Positions 9,401-19,450 are shown, counted from the stretch's first letter. The stretch: 58,649 bases of DNA from Gemmatimonadota bacterium (GCA_046733215.1 JBKPOS010000056.1:1-58649), one strand, 5' to 3'. Program-made: numbers and translations. The notes: a model not told the origin generated them from the sequence alone.

Positions 9401-9758
9401 TGACAAGCACCCGAAGGCGGCCGCGCAACAGGGATTCGATCGTTTCAGCCCGTTCGCCTGCGATCTCGTAATGTGGCTCGTCCTCGCCGAGGGCTTCACG
9501 CTGCGGATAGAGCGCGACCGGAGCGTCGGTCAGGAGGACCAGATCACTCAGCCAGCGTTCGGCGTCCCCCGGCGAGGGCGCCACAACCACGAACAGACGG
9601 GCCGGAAGGCGGCGCGCCAGCCAGGCGATCAGCACCGCGCCGCTCGAGCCCGGTAACCCGGCCAGGCGGATTGAATGGCCCCGCCCGGGCACTCGCTCGG
9701 CGAGTTCCTGAATGGCCGGGGCGCGGGCAAAGGAGTCGAGCACCAGCTCCAGACTCAC
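6426..9758 (-). CDS. mfd: Transcription-repair coupling factor
   Basis: UvrB-like N-terminus (FSVRGGIVD), CarD/RID (GDYVVHLDHGIG), GDVGYGKTEVA, DEEHRFG, QLRGRVGR, TRCF C-terminus. GTG 9758 overlaps the upstream TGA. Confidence 0.97.
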   Translation of the reverse strand: MSLELVLDSFARAPAIQELAERVPGRGHSIRLAGLPGSSGAVLIAWLARRLPARLFVVVAPSPGDAERWLSDLVLLTDAPVALYPQREALGEDEPHYEIAGERAETIESLLRGRLRVLVTTARATAERTLVPAALERLTLSLKVGARQPLSGVVAALERMGYRRVPTVTEVAEFSVRGGIVDVYGFGMATPARCEWWGDDISSLRGFDLTSQRSLEELEEVTVLPITTAGVRQPQPTQGLATPPAAEPLATHSRPLGFTPNAPVARRTLLELLPAETILVAEAIGPDADEVSRAWREAEHHLEVARKLGEEVPSRDAIFEEPRCWRERIEAFPRLFLRDEPVDLQVGFFPPERIDRDLNRLRSLLHGSPPTLILCDNEGQMERLEELLEDRGRPSSAMLAIGALEGGFVMPSLRVLTDHEIFRRARRLRRTRRYRQAAPSAATGTLTVGDYVVHLDHGIGIYRGIATVTVGESVLEVAVLEYEGGDRLNVPLYRLDQLERYRAAGEDGDRPPPRLHRLGGSSWQRVRERTRQAIKQMAAELLDLYARRQVTGGFAFPPDTRWQRELESSFLYEDTPDQRTATEDIKRDMELPKPMDRLLVGDVGYGKTEVAVRAAFKAVQAGKQVAVLVPTTILAEQHGRTFLERLADYPIKIEVLSRFRTAKEQSQVLERLASGEIDIVIGTHRLLSKDVVLKDLGLLIVDEEHRFGVKHKERLKAIRLSVDVLTLTATPIPRTLHLSLSGLRDLTLIETPPRDRSPILTFVEPWDDGLLEEAFARELDRGGQVFAVHNRIETIETIAARVRALSPRARIGVAHGQMPADELEDVMRRFVAGEVDILVSTMIVESGLDVANANTMVVHDAHRFGLAQLYQLRGRVGRSHRRAYCYLLVPDTIDADAEDRLKVLEHHTDLGAGYRIALKDLELRGAGNLLGSEQSGHAHAVGFDLYLRWLEETVRALRGQGGIEQPLPPDVVLDRAAHLPDGYVPDDDVKLDLYRRLARSASSGDIDGLRDEMRERFGPLPTEAETLLDMARLRVTGGSLGLQHILVRGDEARLTFRAGTQPRLAGLTAALDDVQLAAEVRRTVPLSLRLLRLGGEPMTPALVRALRAVA

Positions 9759-11536
9759 GAGGCTCGTCTCCAGGCACTCGCGAGACCCATTTCGCTCAGA
9801 CCCAACAACAGGCCCAACCAAAGCAGAGGACCACGCAGATCGCCTCGGGCGGCGGCGGCGAATACCGCATCACCGGCAGCATCGGGACCGAGTACCTGGG
9901 CGTGCCACAGCTTGCGGGCCTGTTCGTCCGAGGCCGGCGCGAGTCGCGACTCACGCGGATCCACATTCACTTCGAGGGCACCGACCGTGTCCCGCTCCGA
10001 CAACAGGAAGTAGAGTCCCGGATCAGCCGGATGAAATTGGGCGCCGCCCTCGGCCGGCCAGCGCTCGCCATTTCGGCGAACTTCGGTCACTCGATCCGGC
10101 AGCGACACGCCGTCTCCGGGAAAGCCGTCCACCACTGCCAGCTCTCCCCGCGCAATCCGATTGAGCAGAAGATCCATGAAAGGCATGAACGCAGCCGAGA
10201 CCGGCAGCTCGGTCCAGGCGGGATCGAGGCGGCTTCCCACCAGCACGACGTTTCCGCTCCGCACCAACCAGGGAGAGCGGTTCACCCGCCCTACGACGCC
10301 GGTGCGGCCGCTTCCTGACGGCTCGAGTACATATCGCTTGAAGACCCTGACCCCGCCGAGGCCGAGAGCGCTGTCCGCTGTTTCCGTGGCCGTGACCAGC
10401 GAGCCATACGTCCAGCCGACGCCACGCCGCTCGAGGGATCGATTCAACGCACCCAGTTGCGCGACGTCTGCCGGCGGTTCGACGATCGATACGCCCCGCT
10501 CCAGGCGTCCGATTGTGACCTCATCACCCCGGCTGATTCGGCGGTTCCGCTCGAGCACGTTCGCGGCCGCCGCGACGTAGCGCTCACCCGCATCCCACCG
10601 AACCCGCGCCGCCGGCGCGATCCGAACCAGACCGACGCGACGATCGTCCGCGCGAAGCTCGTCCGGGTCCAGCTCGGCCGTCAGGGACCACCAGCCCGGC
10701 GGAGCGCCAGGCAGCGTGAGGTTGACCGTACCGTTGACGGCGCCCAGCGCCTGTCGGCCCGCGCGGTCGCCGATGTGAACGCTTACCGGCACCGGTGCGC
10801 CTGAGTCGCCCGTCAAGCCGAGCAGGACGTGCCCGCCTTCCTCCGGCCAGGGCTGATCGCCCAGCGAGAGAGCTGTGATGCCCACGTTTCTTGGCGGGGG
10901 TCCGGCTGGCCGAATGACGAGCACAGGCACGTCGAGCTGCGCAGGCGAGACGGCGGTTGCCTGAAGATCCGTAGCCAGCACCACCTCTCCAGGGAGCTTC
11001 TCCGGAGCCAGCACTTCGCCTGCGGCGATAAGCGCGGCGCCCAGATCGAGCCGCCGGGGCGAAGGCACGAGTCGATCGACCACCGCGGAAAGCGCTCGAG
11101 GATCACCCCGTTGTGGCGAACCGTCCGCCGTGATCAGCCAGATGGCGTCGTCTGGTGTGGCTTGCGCCAGAACTCGACCAGCGGCCGCTCTTAACGACGC
11201 CAGTCGCGGCGTTCCCTGCACGATCGCCCCACTGCTCGCGCTGTTGTCGACAATCAGCACTAACGCGCTCGGCGCATGCCCCGCCACATGGCGGGCAGGC
11301 ATTGTAGGTCCCGCAGCCGCCAGCACGAGAAAGACGATGAGCAGCGTCCGCAGCAAAAGCAGAAGCCAGTTCTGCAAGCGGAGGCGGCGTTGATGCCGCT
11401 CCGTCGCAGCGATCAGATAGCGGACTGCCGGGAAGACCACGGTAGGCGGCTCACGACGCTCCAGCAGATGCAGCACGATTGGAATGCCCGCGGCGGCCAA
11501 TCCCACGAGCAGCCACGGATGGAGGAAGCCGATCAT
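9755..11536 (-). CDS. BatA domain / vWA-like membrane protein
   Basis: BatA N-terminus FLHPWLL..LAAAGIPIVLHLL...FPAVRYL; MIDAS-like DNSAS; C-terminal NVDPRES plus TM helix; ATGA overlap with DUF58. Confidence 0.85.
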   Translation of the reverse strand: MIGFLHPWLLVGLAAAGIPIVLHLLERREPPTVVFPAVRYLIAATERHQRRLRLQNWLLLLLRTLLIVFLVLAAAGPTMPARHVAGHAPSALVLIVDNSASSGAIVQGTPRLASLRAAAGRVLAQATPDDAIWLITADGSPQRGDPRALSAVVDRLVPSPRRLDLGAALIAAGEVLAPEKLPGEVVLATDLQATAVSPAQLDVPVLVIRPAGPPPRNVGITALSLGDQPWPEEGGHVLLGLTGDSGAPVPVSVHIGDRAGRQALGAVNGTVNLTLPGAPPGWWSLTAELDPDELRADDRRVGLVRIAPAARVRWDAGERYVAAAANVLERNRRISRGDEVTIGRLERGVSIVEPPADVAQLGALNRSLERRGVGWTYGSLVTATETADSALGLGGVRVFKRYVLEPSGSGRTGVVGRVNRSPWLVRSGNVVLVGSRLDPAWTELPVSAAFMPFMDLLLNRIARGELAVVDGFPGDGVSLPDRVTEVRRNGERWPAEGGAQFHPADPGLYFLLSERDTVGALEVNVDPRESRLAPASDEQARKLWHAQVLGPDAAGDAVFAAAARGDLRGPLLWLGLLLGLSEMGLASAWRRAS

Positions 11537-12453
11537 GTCGGGTGAGACGCGGCCACCTGTCGCAATACCGTGCCGAACGGTGTGTCGGTCCGAACCGCAT
11601 GGTACGCGATACCATGCCGCCGGCACGCGAGTCGCCACTGCGAGATCACGCCCTCAACCGTTTCACGATAGGGCCGAGCCCAGTCTTTGGGTCGCAGTAC
11701 GACGGCGGCACGAGTTTCGGGGTCTTCGAACCGCGCTTCGGCGGGGCCCTGCAATGTGACCTCTCCTGGATCCATGATGTGGAGCACGATGACCTGATGG
11801 CCGCGATGCCGGAGAAATCGCAGTGCCTTGAGCGCCAGCGGGCGGTCGAACAGCAGATCCGAGACGAATACGACCAGGCCCCGCCGACGCAGCTGATCGA
11901 TGACTCGACGTAGCGCCGGCTCGGCGGCGGTACCCTGCCCGGCATGAAGAGCACTCAGGGTGGCGAGCAGCTGGCGCCAATGGGAAATACGCGCTCGCGG
12001 GGGCACCATTGCCCGAACCACGTCGTCGAAAGCAATGAGGCCGGTCGCGTCACGCTGGCGTTGCAGCACGAGCGTCAGGGCCGCGATGAGGCGCTGCGCG
12101 TAGGCCAGCTTCGGCAGCCGGATCTCCGCATCGCCGGTCCAGGCCATGGACCGGCTCACATCGGCCACGACGATGGCGCGAAGATTCGTCTCTTCCTCGT
12201 ACTGCTTGACGTAGAGGCGGTCATTGCGGCCGAGGATCTTCCAATCGACGTAGCGAAGATCGTCGCCCGGCTGGTACATCCGGTGTTCGGCGAATTCGAC
12301 TGAAAAGCCTCGGCGGGGAGAACGGTGGAGTCCTGCCAGAAATCCTTCGACTACGCCTTCCGCAACCAACTCAAGCCCGCCAAGGCGTGCGACCTCCATT
12401 GGATCGAGCAGATCCAGGGGGACGCGCCCTGCGGGCGACTCGACACGACTCAT
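11533..12453 (-). CDS. DUF58 domain protein (vWA-like, MoxR-associated)
   Basis: GLHRSPRRGFSVEFAEHRMYQPGDDLRYVDWK...YVKQYEEETN, DVSRSM. Confidence 0.92.
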   Translation of the reverse strand: MSRVESPAGRVPLDLLDPMEVARLGGLELVAEGVVEGFLAGLHRSPRRGFSVEFAEHRMYQPGDDLRYVDWKILGRNDRLYVKQYEEETNLRAIVVADVSRSMAWTGDAEIRLPKLAYAQRLIAALTLVLQRQRDATGLIAFDDVVRAMVPPRARISHWRQLLATLSALHAGQGTAAEPALRRVIDQLRRRGLVVFVSDLLFDRPLALKALRFLRHRGHQVIVLHIMDPGEVTLQGPAEARFEDPETRAAVVLRPKDWARPYRETVEGVISQWRLACRRHGIAYHAVRTDTPFGTVLRQVAASHPT

Positions 12454-12562
12454 CGCGCGCGCAACGTACCGACGCGTCCGAAGGGAGTCAACGCGAGGAA
12501 CCGATGTCTCCGGCGAGGGACGTGGGACCGACGAAGGTCCTTCCCACGGCGAGACCTACGTA

Positions 12563-12578
12563 TGGCATGCCTCCTGCT
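12563..12578 (+). promoter_or_regulatory. Putative sigma54 promoter
   Basis: TGGCAT-GCCTC-CTGCT with GG-N10-GC spacing, about 42 nt upstream of ATG 12620. Confidence 0.5.
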
Positions 12579-12619
12579 CAGCTGCCCTCAACTTCCTTGT
12601 GTTTCTTTCTGGAGATCGG

Positions 12620-13588
12620 ATGCTGATTTCCTGGGCCACGGTGCTCGGGCTCGTGGTTGGCGTTTCACATCGCGCGGCCCCGCCGGGCCACTCGCTGTGG
12701 CGTCATGCAAAAGAACCGCGGGTCAGCATCTGGACCGACCGCGAGAATCCTTACCGTCGCGGGGACGGCGTGCGGGTGTACGCGAGTCCCAGCGTTGATG
12801 GCTATGTGACGGTGTTTCGGATCGACACGGACGGTGGTTTGCGGGTGCTCTTTCCACGTGAGCCTTGGGCTGATACCTGGATCCGCGGCGGGCGCCTGGT
12901 CCGATTCGATGACGCACCGGGTCGAAGCGCCTTTCTGGTGGATGACTATCCTGGCATCGGCTACCTCTTCGTGATCACCTCGCCGGAGCCGTTCGACTAC
13001 TCCAGCATCGTTCGCCGCGACCAATGGGACTATCGCGGTATCGCGAATGGCCGGCTTCACAGCGATCCCTACGCCGCGCTCAGCCAATTGGCCGACCGAC
13101 TCGCTCCACGGGACGACTACGACTACGACCTCACGCCCTATTATGTCGAGCGGCGATACGCCTATCCCCGGTTCGTGTGCTACGATTGCCACAGCTATTC
13201 TCCCTACGCCAACTGGAACCCCTACGGCGCAGCCTGCACCCGCTATCGGGTCGTCGTCTACGACGATCCGATTTACTATCCGTACCAGGCGTACGGCGGT
13301 CGTGTGGTGGTGCCGGAACGCCCCGGCCGGCTCGAGCCACGCTACGTTTTTCAGGATGCCGATGGCCGGGCTCCGTGGGTCAGCCGGACGCACCGATCGC
13401 AGAGTGGATCAACCGAACCGGTCGCGGCGTACCGGGAGCGGGAGGCGGAGCGTCAGCCGATTCCCGTACCCACTCGTAAAGCTCCAGCACAGGACCGGAA
13501 GATTTCGCCTGCGGCCACGCAGACTACCGGCGAGCCGGAACTTCGTCGCCGAAGGCCTGATGACAAGACGCAGGGTTCGGATCACTAA
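12620..13588 (+). CDS. Secreted DUF4384-domain protein with a Tyr-rich, Cys-containing C-terminal region
   Basis: GGAG RBS before ATG 12620; YRRGD.VRV...DGYVTVFRIDTDG.LRVLFP resembles DUF4384; CYDCH motif. Confidence 0.7.
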   Translation: MLISWATVLGLVVGVSHRAAPPGHSLWRHAKEPRVSIWTDRENPYRRGDGVRVYASPSVDGYVTVFRIDTDGGLRVLFPREPWADTWIRGGRLVRFDDAPGRSAFLVDDYPGIGYLFVITSPEPFDYSSIVRRDQWDYRGIANGRLHSDPYAALSQLADRLAPRDDYDYDLTPYYVERRYAYPRFVCYDCHSYSPYANWNPYGAACTRYRVVVYDDPIYYPYQAYGGRVVVPERPGRLEPRYVFQDADGRAPWVSRTHRSQSGSTEPVAAYREREAERQPIPVPTRKAPAQDRKISPAATQTTGEPELRRRRPDDKTQGSDH

Positions 13589-13616
13589 ACCGACCGGTTG
13601 AAACAGCCGGCTGGTT
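13588..13616 (+). terminator. Imperfect hairpin after the DUF4384 gene
   Basis: AACCGACCGGTTG-AAA-CAGCCGGCTGGTT; weak U-tract. Confidence 0.35.
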
Positions 13617-13655
13617 CTCGCCGTAGCGATCCTATCGCCCGATCACGGAACGGAC

Positions 13656-15170
13656 ATGACAAAGGCTGCGGCTCTGCTCCTCTCGTTCACCCCCTTTCTT
13701 GCCTTTCCCCTTTCTCCCGCATTCTGCCAGGCCCCGCGCCCGGCATCGGCGGCCGCTGAGACGATTACGGATCACGACGTCATCAGGCACATCAAGGTGA
13801 TCGCGGACGACTCGATGCTCGGTCGCGATACGCCGAGTCATGGGCTCGAGGCGACAGCACAATACGTGGCGAGCCAGTTCAAGGCCGCGGGGCTCAAGCC
13901 TGCGGGGGACAGCGGAACCTGGTTCCAGCGCTATCCGATTACACGCAGGCACATCGATGCCGGCGGGTCGAGCGTCACGCTTCGAAGCGGCAGTACGGAA
14001 GCGCGGGCCTCGCTGGCTGCAGCCGCACGATTTGTACAGGGGAGCGTGCCGGAAGGTCAGGTGGGGGGAGAAGTTCTGCTGTTGGGTGGGGCGATCACTG
14101 CGGACGCAGCAACGGGAGCGGGTGCCACCGGACGAATCGTCCTGCTGGTCAGCGATCCGCAAAAGCCCGAGCTGGAACAGGCGGCCCGCGCGCTGTACCT
14201 GGCCGGTGCCAGGGCCATCATTTTGCTCGCCGACGTCGACTCGGCGGTCTATGCCCCGCGCCTCAGCGCGCAGCGACGCGACCGCACAGCGATCGATCTC
14301 GGTCTCACGCGACCCGCAGTTGTCGAAGTGCGCGAGGGCGCCGTGCGCCGGGTCCTGGCAGCGGCGGGCCTGGATCCCGTCGCTCTCAGAGCAACGACTA
14401 AGCCGGTGATTCGCAACCTTCCGAAGCTCACCGCGACCATCGCTCTCAAGGAAGTGGTCACCTCACGCCACAGCGCTCCCAACACCGTGGGCATGATCGA
14501 GGGTAGGGATCCCAAGCTCAAGCAGGAATACGTGTTATTCTCTGCCCACATGGATCATATCGGCATTTCGCCGGGGCAGCCCGACAGTATCAACAATGGT
14601 GCGGACGACGATGCTTCCGGCACGGCGGCGGTCATCGAGTTAGCGTCCGCCTTTGGTCGCCCGGATGCGCGCCCCAAGCGGTCGCTGTTGTTTCTCACCG
14701 TTAGCGGCGAGGAGAAAGGGCTCTGGGGGAGCCGCTACTTCTCCGAGCACCCGCCGGTTCCGATCAACCAGATCGTGGCGGACATAAACATCGACATGGT
14801 AGGCCGCAACTGGCCCGACAGCATCGTCGCCATCGGGAAGGAGCATTCCGATCTCGGCGCGACTCTGAACCGGGTAAATGCCGAGCACCCCGACCTGGGC
14901 ATGACGGCCATCGACGATCGCTGGCCGGAGGAGCGCTTCTACTTCCGCTCGGACCATTACAACTTCGCCCGCAAGGGCGTCCCCATCCTCTTCTTCTTCA
15001 ACGGCGTGCACCCCGACTACCACCGTCCGTCGGATTCGCCGGACAAGATCAACTCTGAGAAAGAAGCTCGGATCGCACGACTGCTTTTCTATTTGGGTGA
15101 GGATATCGGGAACGCGCCGGATCGACCGAAGTGGAAGCCGGAGAGCTACAAGGAGATTGTAGAACAGTAA
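13656..15170 (+). CDS. M28 family metallopeptidase, secreted, with PA-like insert
   Basis: SAHMDHIG, NGADDDASG, SGEEKGLWGS, NIDMVGR, RSDHYNF, HPDYH. Confidence 0.92.
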   Translation: MTKAAALLLSFTPFLAFPLSPAFCQAPRPASAAAETITDHDVIRHIKVIADDSMLGRDTPSHGLEATAQYVASQFKAAGLKPAGDSGTWFQRYPITRRHIDAGGSSVTLRSGSTEARASLAAAARFVQGSVPEGQVGGEVLLLGGAITADAATGAGATGRIVLLVSDPQKPELEQAARALYLAGARAIILLADVDSAVYAPRLSAQRRDRTAIDLGLTRPAVVEVREGAVRRVLAAAGLDPVALRATTKPVIRNLPKLTATIALKEVVTSRHSAPNTVGMIEGRDPKLKQEYVLFSAHMDHIGISPGQPDSINNGADDDASGTAAVIELASAFGRPDARPKRSLLFLTVSGEEKGLWGSRYFSEHPPVPINQIVADINIDMVGRNWPDSIVAIGKEHSDLGATLNRVNAEHPDLGMTAIDDRWPEERFYFRSDHYNFARKGVPILFFFNGVHPDYHRPSDSPDKINSEKEARIARLLFYLGEDIGNAPDRPKWKPESYKEIVEQ

Positions 15171-15234
15171 CTGCGTGAACGGTGAACGGGGGGCTCGGGG
15201 TGAGCCGCGGTTCCCGTTCACCGTTCACGCTTTT
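15169..15234. repeat. Second copy of the heptamer hairpin (perfect 18-bp stem) at the convergent M28/CMD junction; terminator-like
   Basis: GCGTGAACGGTGAACGGG (15173-15190) pairs with CCCGTTCACCGTTCACGC (15213-15230), followed by TTTT. Confidence 0.9.
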
Positions 15235-15569
15235 CTAACTTCTTCCAGCCTCGCCACAGCTCTGCGCAGGTGAGGGATGACGATACTTCCGCCCACCACC
15301 AGTCCCACTGCAAAGACCTCTTGAAACTCGGCGTCGGTGACCCCTTCCTCTGCGCAGCGCACGACATGGTACGTGATACAGTCGTCACAGCGAAGCACTA
15401 ACGAGGAGACCAATCCGAGCATCTCCTTGGTCTTGGTACCAAGGACACCTGGCTCATAGGCGCGGTGATCCAGCGCGAAGAACCGATTGATGGTAAGGTT
15501 TCCGGCTCCGAGGACGGCGTCGTTCATTCGGGAGCGGAAGGCTTGGAACTCCGGGAGGGATTCGCTCAT
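15225..15569 (-). CDS. Carboxymuconolactone decarboxylase/AhpD-like protein
   Basis: KTKEMLGLV.SLVLRCDDCITYH (CxxC). Confidence 0.85.
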   Translation of the reverse strand: MSESLPEFQAFRSRMNDAVLGAGNLTINRFFALDHRAYEPGVLGTKTKEMLGLVSSLVLRCDDCITYHVVRCAEEGVTDAEFQEVFAVGLVVGGSIVIPHLRRAVARLEEVRKA

Positions 15570-15596
15570 TGAAAAAACGTAAACGATAAGCGGCGT

Positions 15597-16541
15597 TCAC
15601 GCTTTTCGAGTCAGCAGGACACCGGTCACGATCAGCACGGCGCCGGCGCCCTGCAGCGGAACCAGCCGTTCTCCCAGCGTGAGCCAGGCGACGATCGCGG
15701 CGACGAGCGGTGTTACGCACATGTAGATCGCGGTCCGGCTGCTTCCCACTTTCTGGACGCTCGCGTTCCAGATCATGTAGGCGACGATGAGCGAGAGCAG
15801 TGAGGAATACGCCAGGGCTCCCCACGCGGGACCTGGCACCCGCCGCCAGTCGATCGCCACCAGTTCCATCGCTCCTGCGGCGACGAGACCGGGCGTTCCC
15901 GTGAACGTGGTGAGTGCGGTGGTTTGAAGCGGCGGCATCGTGGGGGGAAGCCTCCGGAGCTCGATCGTATAGAGCGCCCAGCAAAGCGTCGCGGCGACGG
16001 CACAGGCATCGCCGCGCAGTGTCCCCGCACCGAAGTCCACCCCCCCAGCGAGGACGACAAGGCCCACGCCAACGGTCGCCACCGCAGTCCCAACCCACAT
16101 GCGTGTGGTTACGGGCTCGATGCGACGAAGGCCGGCGAGCGTAGTCACCATCGCCGGGATAGTGGAAAGGATCAGCGCGGAGTTGGTAGCCGTGCCCCAC
16201 ACGAGCGACAGCGTAAACGCGATCTGGTAGAGGGTATTGCCCAGCACGCCCATCCAGATCATTCGCCAACCCAGGCCGGGCGGAACGCTGACGCGACCCA
16301 ATCGCCAGCGCAGCAACCCGTACAGCAGCAGGCTCGAGATGGTGAACCGCACCGCGCTGAAGGCGAAGGGGGAGAGATAACTGAAGGCGCCCTTCATCAC
16401 GCTGAAGTTTGTGCCCCAGATCAGGCACACCAACAGCATGCCGAGATCGGCGGCAGAAGCGCGGGGAGCGGGGGAAGGACGACCCGCGGCAGCAGGCGGA
16501 GGCGGACGGGAACGGGCGGAGGCGGGCTCGTGGGTCGTCAC
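15597..16541 (-). CDS. EamA/DMT family transporter
   Basis: [14 protein letters not shown], about 10 hydrophobic segments, C-terminal LGERL...GAVLIVTGV; start approximate. Confidence 0.9.
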   Translation of the reverse strand: MTTHEPASARSRPPPPAAAGRPSPAPRASAADLGMLLVCLIWGTNFSVMKGAFSYLSPFAFSAVRFTISSLLLYGLLRWRLGRVSVPPGLGWRMIWMGVLGNTLYQIAFTLSLVWGTATNSALILSTIPAMVTTLAGLRRIEPVTTRMWVGTAVATVGVGLVVLAGGVDFGAGTLRGDACAVAATLCWALYTIELRRLPPTMPPLQTTALTTFTGTPGLVAAGAMELVAIDWRRVPGPAWGALAYSSLLSLIVAYMIWNASVQKVGSSRTAIYMCVTPLVAAIVAWLTLGERLVPLQGAGAVLIVTGVLLTRKA

Positions 16542-16633
16542 GGCATAAGAGTAATACAACACATGCTCGGTTCCGCTCCCGCCTGATCACGCCTGCCCGT
16601 CCGCTGCCGCCCGCTCTCGACTATTTTCCCGCC

Positions 16634-18433
16634 ATGTCCCAGTCCCGCATCCGCAACTTCTGCATCGTCGCCCACATCGATCACGGCAAATCGACGCTGG
16701 CGGACCGGCTTATCGAGGCCACCAACACTGTCGAGAAGCGCCTGATGCGGGAGCAGCTGCTCGACACGATGGACCTCGAGCGCGAGCGCGGCATCACGAT
16801 CAAGCTGAACGCGGTGCGGATGACCTATCAGGGGCGGGATGGCACCGAGTACGAGCTCAACCTGATCGACACGCCGGGGCACGTGGATTTCACGTATGAG
16901 GTTTCGCGGTCGCTCGCCGCATGTGAAGGGGCGATCCTCGTGGTGGACGCGTCCCAGGGGATTCAGGCACAGACGCTCTCCAACCTCTTCCTCGCCATGG
17001 ATGCCGGGCTCGAGATCATCCCGGTTCTGAACAAGATCGATCTGCCTGGAGCGGAGCCCGAGCGCCGAGCGAAGGAGATCATGGATCTGATCGGCTCGAA
17101 GCGGGAGGAGATTCTCGCGGTGTCGGCCAAGGAAGGCACCGGGATCCCGGACCTCCTGGAGTCGATCGTGCATCGGGTGCCGGCCCCGCACGGCCTGGAA
17201 GACGCCCCGCTTCGCGCGCTCATCTTCGATTCCTATTACGACAAGTACCGCGGGGCGATCCCCAGTGTTCGGGTGGTGGACGGCGTGCTGCGGGAGGGGA
17301 TGGAGATCGCGTTCGGCTCACATCCGGATGACGTCTACCACGTCGACGAAGTGGGCTATCTCCAGCTCGGACAGCGGCGCACCGATCTGCTCGAGGCCGG
17401 CGAGGTGGGGTACGTGGTGGCCAGTCTCCGCAACGTGCGCGACAGCCGAGTGGGAGACACGATCCTCGATGCACACGAGCGTGCCACTGAGCTGCTTCCC
17501 GGCTATCGCGACGTCAAATCCATGGTCTTCGCGGGCCTCTACCCGACCGACTCCGAGCAGTACGAGCCACTCCGCGACGCGCTGGAGAAGCTCGTACTGA
17601 ACGACGCCTCCCTGCACTACGAGCCTGAGTCATCGACCGCCCTGGGATTTGGGTTTCGCTGCGGCTTCCTCGGTCTGCTGCACATGGAGATCGTGCAAGA
17701 GCGGCTCGAGCGTGAGTTCGACCTCGATCTCATAACGACGGTACCGACGGTGGAGTACCACGTGTACCGAACCGACGGCGCGATGATGGTCCTCGAAAAC
17801 CCAACCAACCTCCCCGACCCCGCGGAAATCGAACGGATCGAGGAGCCCTACGTGAAGGCCCGTATCATGGCCCCGGCCGATTACATCGGAGGGATCATGA
17901 AGCTGGGGCAGGATCGCCGCGGCATCTACAATGGAATGCACTATCTCGACACGACGCGGGTGGAGTTCGACTTCCATTTTCCGCTCGGCGAGATCGTGCT
18001 CGACTTCTACGACAAGCTGAAGTCACTCTCCCGAGGGTACGCCTCCCTCGACTATGAGATGGCCGGGTACCGCGAGTCAGACCTAGTCAAGCTCGACATG
18101 TTGATCAACGGCGATCCGATCGACGCCTTCAGCGTGATCATTCACCGCGACAAGGCTTTCGAATACGGGCGTAAGGTAGCGGAGAAGCTCAAGGAGCTGA
18201 TCCCGCGGCAGCTTTACCAGGTGGCAATTCAGGCGGCGATCGGCAACAAGATTATCGCTAGGGAGACTATCTCGGCCTTCCGAAAAGACGTGCTCGCCAA
18301 GTGTTACGGCGGCGATGTCACCCGCAAGCGCAAGCTTCTGGAGAAACAGAAAGAGGGTAAGAAGCGAATGAAGCAGATCGGCGCGGTCGAGATCCCGCAG
18401 GAGGCCTTTCTCGCGGTGCTCCAGGTGGAATGA
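16634..18433 (+). CDS. lepA: Elongation factor 4
   Basis: [58 protein letters not shown]. Confidence 0.98.
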   Translation: MSQSRIRNFCIVAHIDHGKSTLADRLIEATNTVEKRLMREQLLDTMDLERERGITIKLNAVRMTYQGRDGTEYELNLIDTPGHVDFTYEVSRSLAACEGAILVVDASQGIQAQTLSNLFLAMDAGLEIIPVLNKIDLPGAEPERRAKEIMDLIGSKREEILAVSAKEGTGIPDLLESIVHRVPAPHGLEDAPLRALIFDSYYDKYRGAIPSVRVVDGVLREGMEIAFGSHPDDVYHVDEVGYLQLGQRRTDLLEAGEVGYVVASLRNVRDSRVGDTILDAHERATELLPGYRDVKSMVFAGLYPTDSEQYEPLRDALEKLVLNDASLHYEPESSTALGFGFRCGFLGLLHMEIVQERLEREFDLDLITTVPTVEYHVYRTDGAMMVLENPTNLPDPAEIERIEEPYVKARIMAPADYIGGIMKLGQDRRGIYNGMHYLDTTRVEFDFHFPLGEIVLDFYDKLKSLSRGYASLDYEMAGYRESDLVKLDMLINGDPIDAFSVIIHRDKAFEYGRKVAEKLKELIPRQLYQVAIQAAIGNKIIARETISAFRKDVLAKCYGGDVTRKRKLLEKQKEGKKRMKQIGAVEIPQEAFLAVLQVE

Positions 18434-18472
18434 TCGACCGGCGCACCGTCGTCCGTCGAGCGGAGGAGCGTC

Positions 18473-19450
18473 GTGCGATTCGTCCTGGGCGTTGACGTCG
18501 GGGGCACCAACCTGGTCGTCGGTGCAGTCGCGGCCGACGGCTCTACTCTTCACGCCCTCAAGAGCGAGCCTACCCGCCCGGAGGAGGGGTCCGACTCGGT
18601 GCTCCGGCGGATGGTCACGACGGCTCACGAGGTCATGGCGGAAACCCGGCGGGCGATCCCCAAGGCCGAGTTCGTCGGCGCCGGAGTCGGCGCGCCGGGA
18701 CCGCTCGATACCAAGCGCGGCGTCGTTCTGCTCACACCCAATCTGGGATGGGTCAATCTCCCGTTGCGCGACCTGGTGCAACAGGGAATTTCGCTCCCGA
18801 CCGCGATCGACAACGACGCGAACTGCGCCGTGCTCGGCGAGTGCTGGATCGGGGCGGCCCGAGGCGCGCGCAATGTGATCGGGATTACCATCGGTACCGG
18901 CATCGGCGGCGGGATTGTTCTCGACGGACGTCTCTACCGCGGCTCATCCGATTCCGCCGGCGAGATCGGCCATACTACGGTCGAAGTGAACGGGCGACGC
19001 TGCAAGTGCGGCAACTATGGCTGCCTCGAGGCCTATGCCTCGGGACCGGCGATTGCACTGCGCGCGGTCGAAGCGATCGAAGCAGGTCAGCCGAGCCGCC
19101 TCCCCGAATACGTGAACGGGACGTTAGGGAAAATCACGGCCCAAACGGTGTACCAGGCCGCCCACGACGGCGACGAGCTGGCCGAGGAGGTCGTGGGCGA
19201 CACCGCGAAGTTTCTCGGCGCCGGTATCGCCAACATGATCAACATCTTCAATCCCGAAATCGTGGTCGTCTTCGGCGGAGTGACCTACGCCGGCGAGCAT
19301 TTGTTCGCTCCGCTCCGGCGCGAAGTGGCCAAACGCGCATTCAAGCCTGCGGTTGCGGTATGCCGGATCGTGCCGGCGGAGCTGATCGGCAGCGCCGGGG
19401 TCTATGGCGCGGCTCGAACCTTCCTCGATCAGAGGGGCGCTCGCGCTTGA
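18473..19450 (+). CDS. ROK family sugar kinase (glucokinase-like)
   Basis: GVDVGGT, NDANCA, GTGIGGG, GEIGH, CKCGNYGCLE. Confidence 0.92.
   Translation: MRFVLGVDVGGTNLVVGAVAADGSTLHALKSEPTRPEEGSDSVLRRMVTTAHEVMAETRRAIPKAEFVGAGVGAPGPLDTKRGVVLLTPNLGWVNLPLRDLVQQGISLPTAIDNDANCAVLGECWIGAARGARNVIGITIGTGIGGGIVLDGRLYRGSSDSAGEIGHTTVEVNGRRCKCGNYGCLEAYASGPAIALRAVEAIEAGQPSRLPEYVNGTLGKITAQTVYQAAHDGDELAEEVVGDTAKFLGAGIANMINIFNPEIVVVFGGVTYAGEHLFAPLRREVAKRAFKPAVAVCRIVPAELIGSAGVYGAARTFLDQRGARA

Noticed and set aside
18748-19446. 554-aa version of the PfkB ORF
   Set aside because: The first 233 codons are an Arg-rich shadow frame over the ROK gene; TTG 19447 gives a normal coupled start
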